A DNA stretch of 39,560 bases from Candidatus Hadarchaeota archaeon (lineage in GTDB: Archaea; Hadarchaeota; Hadarchaeia; Hadarchaeales; Hadarchaeaceae): the NCBI GenBank assembly GCA_964514945.1, contig CAZESD010000004.1, positions 1-39,560 of the forward strand. Reading direction: 5' to 3'. A model generated the notes under the pieces. The model was not told where the DNA came from. It saw only the letters and a program-made list of their open reading frames with translations, and searched no databases. Both the position numbers and the translations under genes were made by a program. Below are positions 37,051 through 39,560 of this stretch, in pieces (positions within the stretch are counted from its first letter, which is position 1; each line of letters opens with the position of its first letter).

Positions 37051-38466
37051 ATGAGTGGAATTTTTGGTGTAGTATCTCGAAAGGATTGTTCGGAAGATCT
37101 ATTTTACGGCACAGACTATCTCTCTCACTTGGGCACGGAATATGGAGGCCTAGCAGTTTTTGGAGAAAAGATTGTAAGAAGTATCCACACTCTAAGACAG
37201 AGTCAGTTCAAGTCAAAGTTTTATGACGATTGCAAGACCATGCATGGCAATAGCGGGGTCGGCGTGATTACCTCTAGAGAAATACAACCCGTCTGTTTAG
37301 ATTCAAAATTTGGCCCGTTCAGTATATGTACAACTGGCTTAATACAAAATGCCGAAGAGCTGGCCAGCGAATTACGTAAAAAAGGTGTCTCGTTCAGCGA
37401 GATAACAGGCGCAGGCGTGAACTCGACTGAACTTGTTGCTAAGCTCATTGCAGAGGGAAAGACCATTGTAGAAGGCATTAATTACATGTTTAGCAAAATT
37501 AAGGGTTCTTGCTCGCTTCTTCTGCTCAATAACGAGGGCATCTATGCTGTTAGGGATAAGTTTGGTTATAGTCCTCTTGTTGTCGGGCAAAAGAGAGGCT
37601 CTTGGGCAGTAACTTCCGAAACTTCAGCTTTTTTTAATCTAGGTTTTAAAATTAAAAAATATCTTGGGCCCGGAGAAATAGTCTTGCTCACTCCTTTAGG
37701 GATTGACCAAAAGCAGAAAGGTACAACCGTGGGCCAAATAAACGGCTTTTTATGGATTTATACAGGATTTCCAGCTTCTTCCTACGAGGAGGTAAATGTA
37801 GAAATCGTCAGGGAGAGATGTGGAAGATATCTGGCAAAGAATGATAACGTCAAGGCAGACATGGTCGCTGGCGTTCCGGATTCAGGTACTACTCATGCTA
37901 TTGGTTATTCGTTGGAATCAAAAATTCCTTTCAGGAGGCCGCTGGTTAAATACACCCCCGGATACGACAGGAGTTATACGCCGCCCTCCAAGGAGACCAG
38001 AGAGTTGGTTGCGAGGATGAAACTAATCCCGATTAAAGAGTTGATTGAAGGACAAAGAATTATTCTCTGCGATGATTCGGTAGTAAGGGGTACCCAGTTA
38101 AAAAATATCGTGCAAAAATTATGGGATAATGGAGCAAAAGAAGTTCATTTGCGCGTAGCATGTCCCCCCATACTGTTCCCGAGCGTGTTCGATTATTCAA
38201 CAAGGACTATTGAAGAATTGGCCGCTCGTCGTGCTATAAAAGCCATTGAAGGGAGGGATATTGAAGATGTGGATGAATACATTGACCCAAATTCAAAGAA
38301 GCATAAGAAAATGGTAAATCATATTGCCAAAGAGTTGGGTGTTACTTCATTAAGATATCAAACATTGGATGATATGATAAAGTCTATCGGGCTCCCCAAA
38401 AATCGTCTTTGCCTATATGTATGGATCGGAGAATCTATAGCCAAACCGCTTCGGAAGACTTTTTAG
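37051..38466 (+). CDS. purF: Amidophosphoribosyltransferase, lacking the N-terminal Cys
   Basis: MSGIFG, DYLSHLGT, RDKFG..PL, GVPDSG, PRPP motif LCDDSVVRGT, RVACPP. Confidence 0.9.
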   Translation: MSGIFGVVSRKDCSEDLFYGTDYLSHLGTEYGGLAVFGEKIVRSIHTLRQSQFKSKFYDDCKTMHGNSGVGVITSREIQPVCLDSKFGPFSICTTGLIQNAEELASELRKKGVSFSEITGAGVNSTELVAKLIAEGKTIVEGINYMFSKIKGSCSLLLLNNEGIYAVRDKFGYSPLVVGQKRGSWAVTSETSAFFNLGFKIKKYLGPGEIVLLTPLGIDQKQKGTTVGQINGFLWIYTGFPASSYEEVNVEIVRERCGRYLAKNDNVKADMVAGVPDSGTTHAIGYSLESKIPFRRPLVKYTPGYDRSYTPPSKETRELVARMKLIPIKELIEGQRIILCDDSVVRGTQLKNIVQKLWDNGAKEVHLRVACPPILFPSVFDYSTRTIEELAARRAIKAIEGRDIEDVDEYIDPNSKKHKKMVNHIAKELGVTSLRYQTLDDMIKSIGLPKNRLCLYVWIGESIAKPLRKTF

Positions 38467-38514
38467 TTTTTTGAGTTTGAGGGGGATGGCTCCGTCAATA
38501 TCTTTTCAATCAAG

Positions 38515-38997
38515 TCACTTTTGACGTCTAAGCGTTTTGTTATCGTCTTCTATCTTCTCTTTTATCTGACGTTGGTATTTTGCGATTTTATTTGAAAGTT
38601 CTTCGTTGTTCAATGCCAAGATTTTCGCAGCCGCCAGAGCGGCAGCCTCGGGTTCCAAGAGGACAAGAGGGGCAACACCGCGGGGCATACGTAACGACGA
38701 GTAAATATCGATACTTAATTTTTCAGAATATGGCGGGCATGCTATCACGGGATATTTAGTATTAGCATCAACTACCCCTGAAAGAGCATTTGACCTACCA
38801 GCGACCGTTATGTAGACCAATTCATCTTCGCACTTTTCGTATTCTCTCAATATTTCAAGTACCTTTTTTGGTGTTTTGTGAGCTGAAGTGATCCATTGAT
38901 CAAAATTTATTCCAAACTCTTTCAACGTGCTTCTCAGTGGTTTGGCGAAATCGACATCCACCTTGGAGCCAAACAGGATAACGATTTTTTGTGACAT
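38515..38997 (-). CDS. purE: AIR carboxylase PurE (class II-like signature)
   Basis: GSKVD, SAHKTP, AGRSNAL, PVIACP, SSLRMP. Start ATG 38997, about 25 nt after TTATAAA (possibly leaderless). Confidence 0.9.
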   Translation of the reverse strand: MSQKIVILFGSKVDVDFAKPLRSTLKEFGINFDQWITSAHKTPKKVLEILREYEKCEDELVYITVAGRSNALSGVVDANTKYPVIACPPYSEKLSIDIYSSLRMPRGVAPLVLLEPEAAALAAAKILALNNEELSNKIAKYQRQIKEKIEDDNKTLRRQK

Positions 38998-39214
38998 TCG
39001 TTGATATTTTCTGGAGGCGAGATTTATAACCATCGGTGCTTGGAAAAAACCGATTTTTAAAGATAGGGTAAGAATAATAGTATTTGGAGAATACACTTTT
39101 TTGAACTATGCGAGCCTTGGAACCCATACTTTGTACTGGATAGCTCTTAGATTTTTCAGTTCTCCGCTAAGGTTAAAGAGGCTAAGAGCGAAGAATGGTT
39201 GATTCGGTGAGGAC

Positions 39215-39560
39215 ATGACGACTGAATTTGATTATGGGACTTTCCTTTCTCCTTTTACGTGGCGATACGGTAGTCCGGAGATGAGAAAAATTTTTTCTGA
39301 AATCAATTATAGAGCAACGTGGAGAAAAATTTGGGTGGTTCTTGCCGAAGCTCAGTCAAAATATGGTCTTGTTACCCGGAAGGAACTTACTGATTTAAAA
39401 TCTAAGATGGGCCCAGAGCACGTTGACCTGAAAAGGGCCCACGAGATTGAGAAAGAGATTGGGCACGATTTGATGGCGGAGATTAAAGCTTATGCTGAGC
39501 AATGTCCGATCGGCGGCGGCAAAATTCATCTTGGCGCGACATCGATGGATATTGAGGACA
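39215..39560 (+). CDS. purB: Adenylosuccinate lyase (5' part; runs off window end)
   Basis: MTTEFDYGTFLSPFTWRYGSPEMRKIFSE..WRKIW..LAEAQ..HDLMAE..IHLGATSMDIED; SD GGTGAGG. Confidence 0.92.
   Translation, partial: MTTEFDYGTFLSPFTWRYGSPEMRKIFSEINYRATWRKIWVVLAEAQSKYGLVTRKELTDLKSKMGPEHVDLKRAHEIEKEIGHDLMAEIKAYAEQCPIGGGKIHLGATSMDIED

Noticed and set aside
1-39560. CRISPR array, tRNA/rRNA genes, inteins in MCM/PolD/Cdc6, and the many short antisense ORFs in the track
   Set aside because: No regularly spaced repeats or cloverleaf/T-loop signatures were seen, and protein lengths and motifs are continuous. The antisense ORFs are shadows of well-supported genes.

Overview
This is an archaeal chromosomal window (euryarchaeal-type gene set; a Hadarchaeota-like affiliation is my impression only). 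Left part: a compact minus-strand replication cluster (mcm-gins23-cdc6-PolD small subunit-HAD phosphatase-PolD large subunit) downstream of an AT-rich, ORB-containing intergenic region (probable oriC). Next come glyA, thrC, an Eis-like acetyltransferase, hom with its ACT regulator, and hsp20. Middle part (14.8-18.7 kb) is the most unusual. It holds an unannotated 46-aa Cys-rich microprotein, a divergently transcribed ~282-nt highly structured ncRNA candidate that I cannot match to SRP or RNase P, an SPL-like radical SAM enzyme and a frameshifted ogg. It also holds an archaeo-eukaryotic primase homologue with degenerate catalytic motifs, a Cas2/VapD-like protein flanked by 19-bp repeats, and a second pair of ORB elements around an AT-rich spacer. 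Then follow tyrS (apparent ACG start), minD and a macrodomain gene. Right part: a purine/pyrimidine biosynthesis cluster (purP-like, purC with apparent ACG start, carAB, purH, guaAB, purN, purD, purF, purE, purB) in which the glutaminase catalytic residues of CarA and PurF are lost. It is interrupted by a complete tnpB-only IS200/IS605 element with a rearranged RuvC site. I saw no tRNA, rRNA or CRISPR array. All calls come from motif recognition by eye; no searches were run.
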